A stretch of DNA of 64,000 nucleotides from Naegleria gruberi. Its lineage: Eukaryota. Position numbers and translations under genes: made by a program. This document shows positions 1 through 10,959 of this stretch, piece after piece (position 1 is the stretch's first letter; each line of letters starts with the position of its first letter). The notes beneath the pieces are model-generated. The model did not search any database, was not told where the DNA came from, and saw only the letters and a program-made list of their open reading frames with translations. The stretch lies in assembly GCA_000004985.1 (NCBI GenBank), contig GG738889.1. The stretch is one strand, 5' to 3'.

Positions 1-988
1 ATGCTCTCTCAATAATCTCGTAATCGGTCGCCACTAATTGGTGTTCAGCCAAAATTCTATCCAAAATTTGTCTATTATAAAGTCTGTGACCATCCTTATC
101 TACTTCCACTTGAGTTTCATTCTCATTTGGTTGGTATTGGGTGGTAAGAAGCATTTGTCCTTCCTTTTTCAAAAGTCTCCTGAATTCTGGAAGTGTAACT
201 GTTTCAAAATTGGAAAGAAATTCAATTGCACCCAAGCAAGAAATTAAATCAAATGAATTATCTGGAATCATGTCTATTTTTTTATCGAGGTCATGACAAG
301 CCATTCCAATATTAAACAAATCTGGTCCTTTTTCCAGAGCTTTTTGTAACATGCCAGTAGAAATATCGAGACCCATCAGACTTGATTCTATTCCAAAACT
401 CTTACTCTTTTCATGTAAGCTTGATGCTGTATAACCTCCCCCACAAGCACAATCCAAAATTGAAATTTTTCTCGTCGACTTACTCAATTCACTCATAAAT
501 TGGGCAGAACTTCTCTCCAACCATTCAATCACACTCTTATATCCAGAAATTGTCATAATGACATCCCAGTGAGGTGAACTCTCATCAAAAAGTTCCACAA
601 TTTCCTTTTTTTCATTACTCATTTCATTTCCTCCAACTTTTGTCGTCAAAAAACTAATAATTTGTCGGTTTCCATTCCTTTTCAATTCCACTCTATAAAC
701 TCTAGTATGTTCTCCACAATAAATCTCTGCAAAATTATTTTGATTTTCTCCTTGTGAATTATTCATCACAGCACATTGTACCATTGAAAAAATCTTAAAT
801 GTTGATTGTTTTAAAATTCCATCATTAATATAATTTAAAAGTTCCTTTCTTTCCGAATCATTAATTGGTGCTGAAGAGTAGAATCGTGAATTTAATTTGC
901 CAATATTATTCATCAAAACATGATTCCGAATTGAATTAATTCTTCTGTTGTTGTGATGATAAAAAATGGAACGAATGGCTTTTTGCAT
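1..988 (-). CDS. class I SAM-dependent methyltransferase (partial; 3' end runs off window start)
   Basis: Continuous minus-strand frame from ATG at 988..986 down to nt 1. It is not in the ORF track because there is no in-window stop. Translation MQKAIRSIFYHH...KISILDCACGGGYTASS (SAM-binding motif I) ...LKKEGQMLL fits the Methyltransf_11/12 fold. Confidence 0.6.
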   Translation of the reverse strand, partial: MQKAIRSIFYHHNNRRINSIRNHVLMNNIGKLNSRFYSSAPINDSERKELLNYINDGILKQSTFKIFSMVQCAVMNNSQGENQNNFAEIYCGEHTRVYRVELKRNGNRQIISFLTTKVGGNEMSNEKKEIVELFDESSPHWDVIMTISGYKSVIEWLERSSAQFMSELSKSTRKISILDCACGGGYTASSLHEKSKSFGIESSLMGLDISTGMLQKALEKGPDLFNIGMACHDLDKKIDMIPDNSFDLISCLGAIEFLSNFETVTLPEFRRLLKKEGQMLLTTQYQPNENETQVEVDKDGHRLYNRQILDRILAEHQLVATDYEIIERA

Positions 989-1367
989 TTTTTTACATTA
1001 TAGTTTTAAATTAATATTTAAATATTAAAAGTCTCACATGGGAAGTCTTGGTGTCAGCCCAAAAGTTTTCACATTACAGCCAATATATCTTGAACAAGCT
1101 AATACGAGAATATGGTTGAGCTTGTTCAATACGAACTATTGTAATAAATGTTTCCAAAAAACCTTAAAGGAATCACCATTACAACTTCAACAGTCCTTTT
1201 GGAAACCTTTCCAAACACGGAAACATTGTTGTTTTCGCGTTTTTCTCAAATTCTCCATGCATGCTTGTGATTTTTCCCACCAAAAAAAAAAGATCCATTA
1301 CTCGATCTCTCAAACTTTCAAAGGCTTTGAAAAATCCTGTCGTTCCAAACAACTCCCAAAGCACAAC

Positions 1368-3577
1368 ATGTCTGCCTCCTCTTTTTGTTTGAAAAATGTT
1401 TCATCTCTTGTTTCAAAGAGAAAAATTGCTCCGAGAAAGTTAATCTCCACTAACAAACAAGCTACCACCACTTCAGTAGTAGGATCGAGAAACTTTTCAT
1501 ATAGTATTTCGAGTTTACAATACCAAACTATGGTACATAAGATTTTACAACAATATGCACCTCAAGATCATGGTTTGGTGAGTTCTGGAGATTATTTGCA
1601 AATTACTCCTCATCATATTTTGACTCATGACAATACAAGGTTAGTAGAACAATGAGGAATTGCAATTTAATATTAATTGTGACCTTTTTCAGTGCTGTGA
1701 TGATTAAATTCAAAGCATTCTTTGAGGAAAGTAAGAAACCATTGAAATTCTCCAATCCAAAACAACCAGTTTTTGCTCTTGACCACAATATTCAAGACAC
1801 TTCAGATGCCAATCTTGTAAAATATAAGAAAATTGAACAATTTGCTAAGGATAATGGAGTTGTTTTTTATCCAGCTGGAAGAGGTATTGGTCACCAAGTT
1901 ATGATTGAAGAAGGTTATGCCTGGCCATTGACATTCACTACTGCTAGTGATTCTCACTCAAATATGTACGGTGGTATTGGTTGTTTGGGTACTCCAGTTG
2001 TCAGAACTGATGCTGCTGCCATTTGGGCAACAGGATCCACTTGGTGGCAAGTTCCACCAGTCACTAGAGTTGAATTGACTGGAAAATTGAGAGAAGGTGT
2101 CAGTGGAAAGGATGTTATTATTACATTGTGTGGAATTTTCAATCAGGATGATGTTTTGAATCATTGTGTGGAATTTGTAGGAGAAGGAGTTTCTTCATTA
2201 TCAATTGATGAAAGATTATCAATTGCTAACATGTAGGTTTTTGAACTATTTCAGTAGATATTAAACAAATTTAATAGGACCACTGAATGGGGTGCTCTTG
2301 CTGGTGTTTTTCCAGTCGATGAGAAGACCATTGATTGGCTTAAAAAGTCTCAAAAATCTGAAAAGGCCAATGATATTAAGGAATTGGAAAATAATTACAA
2401 GAAGTATTTACCAGATTCTGATGCTAAATATGTTCAAACCTTGACTTTGGATCTTGGAAGTGTTGAACCTCACGTTTCTGGCCCAAACCACGTCAAGGTC
2501 ATGTCAAGTGTTAGAGAAATCACCAAGAAGAATATTAAGGTCCACAAGGCTTACATTGTATCATGTGTTAACAGTAGAGTTAACGATTTACATCAAGCTG
2601 CCAACGTCATCAGAAAGAGTTCAAAGAAGACTATTGCTGAAGGAGTTGAACTGTACATTTCAGCTGCCAGTGACAAGGTTCAGAAGGAAAGTGAAAGACT
2701 TGGCGATTGGCAAGTTTTGGTTCAAGCTGGTGCCAAGGTTCTTCCACCAGGTTGTGGCCCATGTATTGGATTGGGTGCTGGTTTGTTAGAAGATGGACAA
2801 GTTGGTATCTCAAGTACAAACAGAAACTTTAAGGGTAGAATGGGTTCAAGAAATGCTGAAGCTTATTTGGCCTCACCAGAAGTTGTTATGGCCAGTGCTT
2901 TGAGTGGTGTCATTACTCTTCCTGAATATTATACTGAATCTCAAGCTCCATTACCAAAATTCACCAAGACTAGTGAAAATCAATCAGAGGGAGAAAAATC
3001 AACAACCAAGATTATTGAAGGATTCCCAGAAGTTATAGAAGGAGAAGTTGTTTTTGTTCATCAAGATAACTTGAACACTGATGGTATTTATCCTGGTAAA
3101 TATACTTATAAGGAAAATATTTCTCCAGAAGAACAAGCTCAAGTAGCTATGGAAAATTATGACGTCAACTTTACCAAGATTGCCAAGAAGGGTCACGTTC
3201 TTATTGCTGGTTACAACTTTGGTACTGGTAGCTCTAGAGAACAAGCTGCCACTTGTTTGAAATTTATGGGAATTAAATTGATTGTTGGTGGTAGTTTCAG
3301 TGAAACATACAAGAGAAATGCCACAAATAATGGTTTCTTGTGTATTGAAGTTCCAGCCCTCGTTGACTACTTGAAGCAATCTGTGGGAACTACTAAGGAA
3401 ACTGTTCTCTTGGAAAATAGCAAGATTAGTATTGATTTTAGAAATTCTACCCTTGTTTTAACAACTCCAAAAGAAACTAAGGAATACTCATTCCACCCTG
3501 TTGGCCCAGTTGCTCAAGAGCTTATTGTCTCGGGAGGTTTGGAACCTTTGGTCCTTAACAAGATCAAGAGTCAATAA
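1368..3577 (+). CDS. homoaconitase-like aconitase-family hydratase (alpha-aminoadipate lysine pathway), mitochondrial; 3 exons
   Basis: ATG at 1368. Exons 1368..1639, 1693..2232 and 2278..3577. Intron 1 runs GTTAGT..cag and intron 2 GTAGGT..aatag. This joins the track ORFs 1038-1655, 1652-2236 and 2384-3577. Diagnostic motifs are [59 protein letters not shown] and [12 protein letters not shown]. The N-terminus [19 protein letters not shown]... looks like a mitochondrial presequence. Assignment to homoaconitase (rather than LeuC or aconitase) rests on the [12 protein letters not shown]-type motif recalled from fungal LYS4. Confidence 0.75.
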
Positions 3578-3582
3578 ATCTT

Positions 3583-5505
3583 TTACTTTACAGTTTTGAA
3601 AATTACAACGAGATTGTCACCAAACTCAATTCCGTTTGGAAGTTGAAGACAATATTCTCTTCTGAAAAGAGCCTCAATTGGTGGTGCCTTAATTGAGATG
3701 GAAACATTCTTTGTTTCTCCGTAATGTGGCAACTCTTGCTCTGTCAATACTCTATTTTCATCGGTGTTGGCAAGTGGAAGAAGAATTTCACCATACTCTA
3801 ATGGAGTTTCCTTATCTGATTTTACAACTATTCTCGTTCCAGAAGGGATTGTCAATCCACAATTTGATATTTTCCATGTTTTTAAGAACACAGAACCACA
3901 CTTGACTTCAGAAAAGTCTGGAATGGTAACATCATCCTCGAATGAAAAGTCATAATCTCTTGGATTATAAAGCGAAAAGTTTGAATTTTCAACACTGTGA
4001 TATGAAGGGGAAGGTGTTCCATATGAATGATGTGAGACTGGTGAGCATGGTGGTTTTTTGGAATCATTAATACTTTGTTCAACTTGTTCCTTAATAATTT
4101 TCATTTTAGTAAACATATCTTCCAAATCTTCCTCAGAAGGTAAATTACTAGATTCCTCTTCCCATGGAGAGTTTGAAACCAAATCTCTCTTCAAAATGGT
4201 TGCATATTGTCTGTACAATGTTTCTGCCATTCTCTTGTCGTGTCTCTTAAGCTCAGTTAAGAGAATTTCCATTTGTTGTTTGTAGAAATCCAATTGTTTT
4301 TGGAATATTTTGATGATGGAAATATGAGTATTAATCGGAATAAAGTTTTGAATGTAGACTTCTTGTTCTCCATAACCTGAGTGATATTCATTATCTCTAA
4401 ATGGACTACCTCTAAAAAAATCAGTTGGAGAGGAAAGGCCAAGACCAGGAGAAGGTGAAGATTTGAAGAATGGAGGAGATGGTGGAATTTCATTGTTAAT
4501 GGCTGGTAATTGTTGTTGGATGATGTTATTATTTGGAGGTGTATTTGTTGTGGTGGTGGCTGTTGTGGTTGGTGAATGGGAAATGACTGTCTTGTTGTTT
4601 GAAGAGCTGGTGACGACTGTGGCAGGAGGAGTGTACTTCATTTTCTCTCCAGTTAAATCAATATCCTCCCAGAAACATGATTCGAATACTTGATGAGAAG
4701 TTTGCAATGATTGCCACTCTTTCGGAACTAGATTTTTCACACTAATGTCTTGTTTTGTTGGATCTAGTGAAACTTTCTTTGTTCTATTATTCTTATTCTT
4801 GCTTGTCAATACTTTAACTTGTTGAGTTTGACAGAGGGATTGAAAATCTCCACTCGTAATAACAAAAAATTGAATATAATATTTGCCGTGAGAAACCATT
4901 GTTCTGGAAGGTCTAGAAATTGAAGTTAGAATAATTCTCTCCTCGTTTGGTTTTAAAGTGAAATGTTTTCCTTCGAATAATAAAAAGTCCAAATAATATC
5001 CATTAACTTTGTTTTTCCTGTTTAACATTTCGCAAATATTTCCTTTATCATGAATCTCATGTCTACAATTCAATAGGAGAGGAGGTGTCTCCTTATTGGT
5101 ATTATTTGTAATTTTGAGTGCAACATTGTACTTTTCATACATTTCATCTTCCTTCTTTAAATCATAATTTGACCATTGTTGAAGAAACTGATCATCGATA
5201 GCAGTCTGAATGACCACATCAATCACATTTTGAGAATTACTTGCTGTTGTAGTCAATTGCTGATGATGACTTGCTGATTGTGCTGAAGCATTATTTGATG
5301 ATGAAGCAACCACCATCGGAGAAGAATTCTGCAGAAATGGTGAAGATGGAGCACTATTTGTAAAATACGATCCAGCACCAACACCATTCCCATGATGAGC
5401 ATTTGATGTACCATTAGCCTGATGATTACCATGATGATTATTGTAGTAATTGATCAAATCATAAAACTCTTCATCGGCCAACAAATCCTCCACGTTGACG
5501 TTCAT
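3583..5505 (-). CDS. hypothetical N/Q/T/H-rich protein, 640 aa; C-terminal region weakly resembles an NBR1-type Ig-like domain
   Basis: ATG at 5505..5503. Long single ORF with homopolymeric N/T/Q/H tracts. The C-terminal segment KCGSVFLKTWKISNCGLTIPSGTRIVVKSD is the weak NBR1-like hit. It converges on the homoaconitase gene, with stops 5 nt apart. Confidence 0.5.
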   Translation of the reverse strand: MNVNVEDLLADEEFYDLINYYNNHHGNHQANGTSNAHHGNGVGAGSYFTNSAPSSPFLQNSSPMVVASSSNNASAQSASHHQQLTTTASNSQNVIDVVIQTAIDDQFLQQWSNYDLKKEDEMYEKYNVALKITNNTNKETPPLLLNCRHEIHDKGNICEMLNRKNKVNGYYLDFLLFEGKHFTLKPNEERIILTSISRPSRTMVSHGKYYIQFFVITSGDFQSLCQTQQVKVLTSKNKNNRTKKVSLDPTKQDISVKNLVPKEWQSLQTSHQVFESCFWEDIDLTGEKMKYTPPATVVTSSSNNKTVISHSPTTTATTTTNTPPNNNIIQQQLPAINNEIPPSPPFFKSSPSPGLGLSSPTDFFRGSPFRDNEYHSGYGEQEVYIQNFIPINTHISIIKIFQKQLDFYKQQMEILLTELKRHDKRMAETLYRQYATILKRDLVSNSPWEEESSNLPSEEDLEDMFTKMKIIKEQVEQSINDSKKPPCSPVSHHSYGTPSPSYHSVENSNFSLYNPRDYDFSFEDDVTIPDFSEVKCGSVFLKTWKISNCGLTIPSGTRIVVKSDKETPLEYGEILLPLANTDENRVLTEQELPHYGETKNVSISIKAPPIEALFRREYCLQLPNGIEFGDNLVVIFKTVK

Positions 5506-5744
5506 TTTTTTTCAAAGCCTAAAATTATAAGATATGAAAATCTCCCGCCCTTTTATTTGAGGTGAAAAAAGGAAGTTTTCTTTAAAAATCAATATGAAAT
5601 AATTACTCTCCTTAACCTCACGGCTCTGCAAGATCATCATCAATAGGATTGGCGTTATCTTGGATTTTTTTTGGATTACAAAGTTTTGTTGGATTCGGAA
5701 TTTGAAGCTGTTGTAAAAAAATTAGAAAAAACAATTTAAAAAAA

Positions 5745-6638
5745 ATGGCAGAATACAAAGGAGACAAGATTGACCTGGCTAGAGCTTTCATGTTGGAGAA
5801 GCAACGTGCGGAACAGTTGGAAAAGCAATTTGAGAAAACAGCTTCCGAGTTGAAAGAGAAGAGTAAATTGGGATCGATAGGAGCCAAGTTTTCGGAAAAG
5901 ACGAATAATAGTGAACAAAATCTTGTTGAACATACTGTTGGTTTGGTCACATTGGAGGATTTTACTAGGAAGAGATTGGAGTTGGAAAGAGAAAAGGAAA
6001 GACAATTGAAACAAAAGGAAAAAAAGAAGCAGAAAAAGTTGGTTCACGTCCTGTCCTTCCAAGATGAATTGGAGGAAGAAAGTGTGGAATCAGAAAAGAA
6101 AAAGATAAAGAAAAATCCTGAAGTAGATACTAGCTTTTTACCTGATAAACAAAGAGAATTGGATGAACAATCACAAATTGAAAAATTAAGAAAGGAATGG
6201 CTTGATGAGCAAGACAAGATTAAAAACGAGGATATTGAAATTACATACAGTTACTGGGATGGTCGTGGTCACAGACGATCTATAACGGTCAAGAAGGGTA
6301 TAACAGTTGAAGGATTTTTATACAAGGTCCAACAAGATTGGAAAGAATTGAAGAGAATTTCAGTTTCGGATTTATTGTACATTAAGGAAGATTTGATCAT
6401 TCCCCACCACTATTCATTCTATGATTTAATTGCAAATAATACTAAGGGTAAAACAGGTGTCATGTTCAGATTTGACGTTCACGATGACATTAGAGCTGTC
6501 AGTGATGCCACTGTAGAAAAACAAGAAGCGCACGCCTCCAAAATTGTAGATAGAAGATTTTATGAAAAGCACAAAAACGAGCTTCCATACTCCAAGTGGG
6601 AAGTTTACAATCCAAAGAAACATGTACAGAAAGAATAA
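5745..6638 (+). CDS. XAP5: XAP5/FAM50 family nuclear protein
   Basis: ATG at 5745. It has a K/E-rich coiled-coil N-terminus and the conserved XAP5 C-terminal domain ITYSYWDGRGHRRSITVKKGITVEGFL...KEDLIIPHHYSFYDLI. Confidence 0.75.
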   Translation: MAEYKGDKIDLARAFMLEKQRAEQLEKQFEKTASELKEKSKLGSIGAKFSEKTNNSEQNLVEHTVGLVTLEDFTRKRLELEREKERQLKQKEKKKQKKLVHVLSFQDELEEESVESEKKKIKKNPEVDTSFLPDKQRELDEQSQIEKLRKEWLDEQDKIKNEDIEITYSYWDGRGHRRSITVKKGITVEGFLYKVQQDWKELKRISVSDLLYIKEDLIIPHHYSFYDLIANNTKGKTGVMFRFDVHDDIRAVSDATVEKQEAHASKIVDRRFYEKHKNELPYSKWEVYNPKKHVQKE

Positions 6639-6639
6639 A

Positions 6640-8811
6640 TTATTTTACTTCACTAGTAGTAGGGGTAGTAGCACTATTTAACATGTTAGTTAACATATTT
6701 GAGAATGCCTCAAAGAATTCCTTTTGTGCCTTATCACCATTCTTAGGAGTGAGTGTGTAAATCTTATTTTCACCCTGCTTTAAAAATTTGTATATTCCAT
6801 GATCTTCAAATTTGAGTAAATTCTCAGCATTGAATGGAATCATTTTAGACTTCTGAACAATTCCCCTCTCAACAACCAAAAGAATATCAGAAAATAGATA
6901 CAAAGTTACAGTTCCACTTCTTCCCTTCTTTTTAAAATCAAAAAGAGCCTCAGAAAGGAACTTTCTTGAAGGATGAATAATCATCTTATTTCTCAACTTC
7001 TTTGATAAGATGTGCATCTTGGTCATATTCTGAATTTCTCTCTCCTTCTCATTGCAATACTCGGCAACACTTACAACTCCTCCAGTTGCCTTAGCCAATA
7101 ATTCATGAACTTCTGGTAAATGTTTGGAGCATTTAACAATTTCTGAAAGTAGTAATTGATATCTTGGAATTCTTTGAATTGGAGCAATCAAGTAAGAACT
7201 TGGAGGTGAAGGAATCAATCCATCCTTTGCAATATTAAGAAATGCTTCTTGTAAGTATCTTTCAAACTTTTTGTTCTTCTTCTTCTCGATATTTAATTGT
7301 TCTATTGAACTCTTATATTTTGTAATGTAACCAATGTAGAGTTTCAATGTATGGCCAAACTTGGAAATTTCTTTTGCTAGCTCAATTTCCATATTATTAT
7401 TTGTTCTATTTTTACAATACTCGTAAAGTACACTGTCTTCATCAGTTTCTGGAATGTCAATAATGTGATCTAACTTGTCATAGAACATCTTATTGACTCT
7501 ATAAATTATACCCATTTCACCGATGGCTTTTTGAAGAAAGTCCTTAGGGACAATACTTTGTTTCATTTCCTTCAGTGGATTAATATAGTAAATTTGAAAA
7601 GTGGATAGTGTTTTCAGATAATTAATTTCTGTCTTTTTCAATTCCTTTATCAATCTGATTCTCTTATAATCAATTTCCAAGTTATTCTTTTCCTCAATTT
7701 CGAATATTGAACTATCCAATTTATCAATGATGGCATATTCTTCATCCATGTAGAATTCTTCTTCGTCGAAATCATCTATCTGATCAAGATTCCACTCTGG
7801 AGGACTCACAGTTCTTGAAGATAATCCTGTATCATCTTCATCTTGAGGCTCCAAATTACTCATATCTAGAACCCCAGCTGACTGATCATCATATTCACTA
7901 AATTCATCCTGTGAATACATTTCATAATCGACATTAGAAACAACTTCTAATTGACTTGCACTTAACAACATTGGATTAATATTTTGTGGAGTATTCATAT
8001 GAGAAGTGGAATAACCTTCAGTTACCAACGAGTTGGGAAGAATTTGAAATTGTGGAAATGGAATCTGAAATGGCTCTTCTTTCTTATTGCTCTTTTCTGA
8101 AGGAGGATCAACGTGATCAATAACAATAAGTGGAATTGGATCTGGAATAATGGGAATTGGTCGAGTTGGTATTTGAGGAGAAGGAAGAACTTCATCAGTC
8201 GTTTGTGAAGTTGTAGAAGGTGAGCTTAACTGTTCATAAGAGTCTTCATTAGTAGACCCCTGATTATGTTGATATTCCTCAATCAAAACATTGATCTCTG
8301 AGTGGGAAGAAACTTCGCTCTCCTTATTATTAAAACCTTTTTGAAAGTTGCATATTTGTTCTTGTTGTTGAATATGAGCATCCCTCGATTCCTTTGTAGA
8401 TTCCACTGATGGAAGATGTTGATGATAGTGTCCTGGTGGTGTTGGCAGTGCCTTCATAGCCTTCAAATGAGTATTATCAATATGAATACTTGGTATTGTT
8501 GGAGGTTCATAGGATAAAGAGGTTGTTGGGTCAATATTGTTATTTATGTTATTATTATCAAGGGTAGAAGTGGTATTTTGAATGTTGGTAGATTTAATAG
8601 AGTTTCTATTGTTTTGATGTTGGGGAATAATAGAACGATGATGTTCATGGAAAAGAAGAGGTTTGCTCTTATCATCGGAAAGTTGGGAAAAGGCAGAATT
8701 TCTATTGTGTTGATGAGTGAGTGTTACGGAGGGTGGTGGATTGGAGGCTAATGATGATGAGTTGCCCTTCTTATTGCCTCCAAATCCAAAGCAATCACAT
8801 AGAAAGGACAT
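6640..8811 (-). CDS. RhoGEF (Dbl-homology + PH-like) protein with long low-complexity N-terminus
   Basis: ATG at 8811..8809. The DH-domain signature LIAPIQRIPRYQLLLSEIVK is followed by a PH-like C-terminus. The N-terminus MSFLCDCFGFGG may be a palmitoylation motif. Its stop abuts the XAP5 stop, 1 nt apart. Confidence 0.7.
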   Translation of the reverse strand: MSFLCDCFGFGGNKKGNSSSLASNPPPSVTLTHQHNRNSAFSQLSDDKSKPLLFHEHHRSIIPQHQNNRNSIKSTNIQNTTSTLDNNNINNNIDPTTSLSYEPPTIPSIHIDNTHLKAMKALPTPPGHYHQHLPSVESTKESRDAHIQQQEQICNFQKGFNNKESEVSSHSEINVLIEEYQHNQGSTNEDSYEQLSSPSTTSQTTDEVLPSPQIPTRPIPIIPDPIPLIVIDHVDPPSEKSNKKEEPFQIPFPQFQILPNSLVTEGYSTSHMNTPQNINPMLLSASQLEVVSNVDYEMYSQDEFSEYDDQSAGVLDMSNLEPQDEDDTGLSSRTVSPPEWNLDQIDDFDEEEFYMDEEYAIIDKLDSSIFEIEEKNNLEIDYKRIRLIKELKKTEINYLKTLSTFQIYYINPLKEMKQSIVPKDFLQKAIGEMGIIYRVNKMFYDKLDHIIDIPETDEDSVLYEYCKNRTNNNMEIELAKEISKFGHTLKLYIGYITKYKSSIEQLNIEKKKNKKFERYLQEAFLNIAKDGLIPSPPSSYLIAPIQRIPRYQLLLSEIVKCSKHLPEVHELLAKATGGVVSVAEYCNEKEREIQNMTKMHILSKKLRNKMIIHPSRKFLSEALFDFKKKGRSGTVTLYLFSDILLVVERGIVQKSKMIPFNAENLLKFEDHGIYKFLKQGENKIYTLTPKNGDKAQKEFFEAFSNMLTNMLNSATTPTTSEVK

Positions 8812-8995
8812 TTGAATGTGTTTTCAATTATTAAGGCTGAAAAATAAGTAGAGAGGGCGGTGGCAATTTCTTAAACTTATTACAGCAGTACCACCCAGCG
8901 AATGGTTTTCACTCAATTTTTAAAACACAGTAAAGACAATCAAAATACAGCGAGACATTTATTGCCATTATTGCGCATTAGAGTCAGTAGAGTCT

Positions 8996-10254
8996 TTATT
9001 TATTGATCCATGGTTGATTTTCAGTGCCATAGACTCCATAGTTTGAAGATGATTCATAGTCGCCAGAAGCACCTGGTGATGGTGGACGTAATGGTGGTCC
9101 AGAAGGTACAACTGGTCCAGATCCTCCTTCACTTACACTTGGATAAGGATTATATCTATAGTTAGAAGAACCTGCAGAGGAAAAGTATCTTGGGTGATTT
9201 CGAGATGGTGAAATTCTGTTAGAAGTTGGTCTTGAAGAGGAACCTGGTGGAGGTGATGATGGTTCTCTTCCAGTTCCAGGAGGAGGAGTATATGGAGGAT
9301 AATCATAACTTCCATTAGGTCCATAAGGTGGATAATATCCATAGGCTCCAGGTGGATAGTAAGCTCCAGGTGGATAACCTGAATAAGGTGGATATCCTGT
9401 ATAGCCAGAGTAAGGTGGGCCAGAGAATGGTCTAGCATCCTTACCTCCACTTGTTGAGCTTGCAGTTGAGGCACCACTGGCTCCACGAGTGTGTTCTTCA
9501 CCACTCATTGATGGAGGAGTACCTGGTGGAGGTGGAAATTGGCCATAAGGTGGATATCCATAATATCCATAGTTATAATAGTCATATGGTGGTTGACCTG
9601 ATTGAGGAGGAAGATAAGAACCAGGTGGTAATCTACCTCCTTTTGGTGTATGACCACCTCCTCTTTGTCTGAATGGTGGCTTACCTCCACCTCTTCCACC
9701 ACCACCACTTCCACGACCATTGTCTCTTCCACTACCACCTCTAGAACCACGTGGATGGTCCTTATCACGCATTGATTTTGGCATTAAACGCTCCCTAGGT
9801 GTTCTTTTTCCTTGATAACCTTGTCCAGGTGTTGAGTTGTGTCCTTCTGTTCTGGCAGCTTTTTCAATATGAAGAGCTTGACCTTTCACAACAATTTTGG
9901 CTTCCTTAAGTCTTGTTGCATCCTCAACACTGGCCATGGTAACAAAACAGAAACCTCTATTAATAAGTTTCTTTCTGTCCATAACTATTTTTACAGATTC
10001 AACCTTACCGAATAATGAAAATTCCTTAGTAATATCCTCCTCTCTTGTATCTACAGTCAAGTTAAATACAAATAATACTCTAGAGTTATCGGTTAAACTA
10101 TTCTTGTATTCATTTTCTTCATCCTCATCCTCTTGAAGGTCATGATAATTATCTTGATGTTCACCGTGGTGTGCATGTTGAGGATTAGAATCTGTTTGGT
10201 TGTTGGTATTGTTGTTGTTTTTACGTTGTGGTGATTCGGGTGTCTGTTGATAAT
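8996..10254 (-). CDS. RRM-domain RNA-binding protein with RGG box and Tyr/Pro/Gly-rich (GYPPY) C-terminal low-complexity tail; 5' end unresolved
   Basis: The RNP2 motif LFVFNL and the RNP1-like NRGFCFVTM lie in ...NSRVLFVFNLTVDTREEDITKEFSLFGKVESVKIVMD... This is followed by GSRGGSGRDNGRGSGGGGRGGG and YYGYPPYGQFPP repeats. The track ORF starts at a TTG (10060). The frame stays open upstream to about 10254 with no in-frame ATG, so a start exon or frameshift is missing. Confidence 0.55.
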
Positions 10255-10959
10255 AACGGTTTTACATGTTGGAGGTTTTTCAAAATTGTTGATAATTGAA
10301 CATGAACCATACAGTTATAAATATAAATATGATGTTGTTTAAATGTGATTTAAATTAGAAATTTGATGATGTTGATGATTTCATACCATTTGATGTGTAT
10401 TTTACTATATGATGTAGTGTTGCTGACTTGATGGAGAATCTTGATGGAGTCTACCTGTTGTTATATATTCTTAATAAAAATTGTTGCCGAGTTGTTGCTG
10501 CTGCTTTGAAACGAAAGTATACACAGTCCTCAAAACTTGAATTGTTACTCCTCAGTACTTATTGTGGAAACAAAAAAGTTGTGTGCTGCTGCGACTACGT
10601 TATATTCCTGCTGTCGTAGTGTGGTTGTATTTTTTAAAATTAGATTTTGCAATTTTTAAAAAATTATTTTTATTAATTAAAAAAATCCGATTAATACTTC
10701 CTCATATACTGTTGCACAACTTTGATTCATCTCTTTTTTGGGAAAGAAGTTCTTGCTTATGAAATTATTTGTTGTTCTTTTATGTGGATAGAATAGTAGA
10801 TAGATGGAGAAGAATGTGGATTCGGAGGCTTGTTTTCAACCTATCAGAGAACAAATATTAATTGCCTTGAATTTTGAAAAGGATTTATCTTGTAATATTT
10901 ATTAAATTGGATCGAGAGTATATGGAACTCATAGGGATGATTCTGATTATGATTTTTTC

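Noticed and set aside
9133-9768. Three overlapping ORFs (9133-9504 -, 9451-9672 +, 9505-9768 -) inside the RRM/GYPPY gene
   Set aside because: They are off-frame readings of the GYPPY/RGG repeat (poly H/L/V/E artefacts). The RRM frame is the only one with a recognisable domain.
10255-10300. Candidate first exon MVHVQLSTILKNLQH for the RRM gene joined by a 22-nt GTAAAA..caacag intron
   Set aside because: 22 nt is below every other intron in the window (minimum 39). It is more likely a frameshift or a missing upstream exon.
10428-10762. Small ORFs 10428-10619 and 10562-10762 in the intergenic region upstream of 10960
   Set aside because: They are 63-66 aa, AT-rich, with no conservation or domain. 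The region is better explained as shared promoter/5' UTR.
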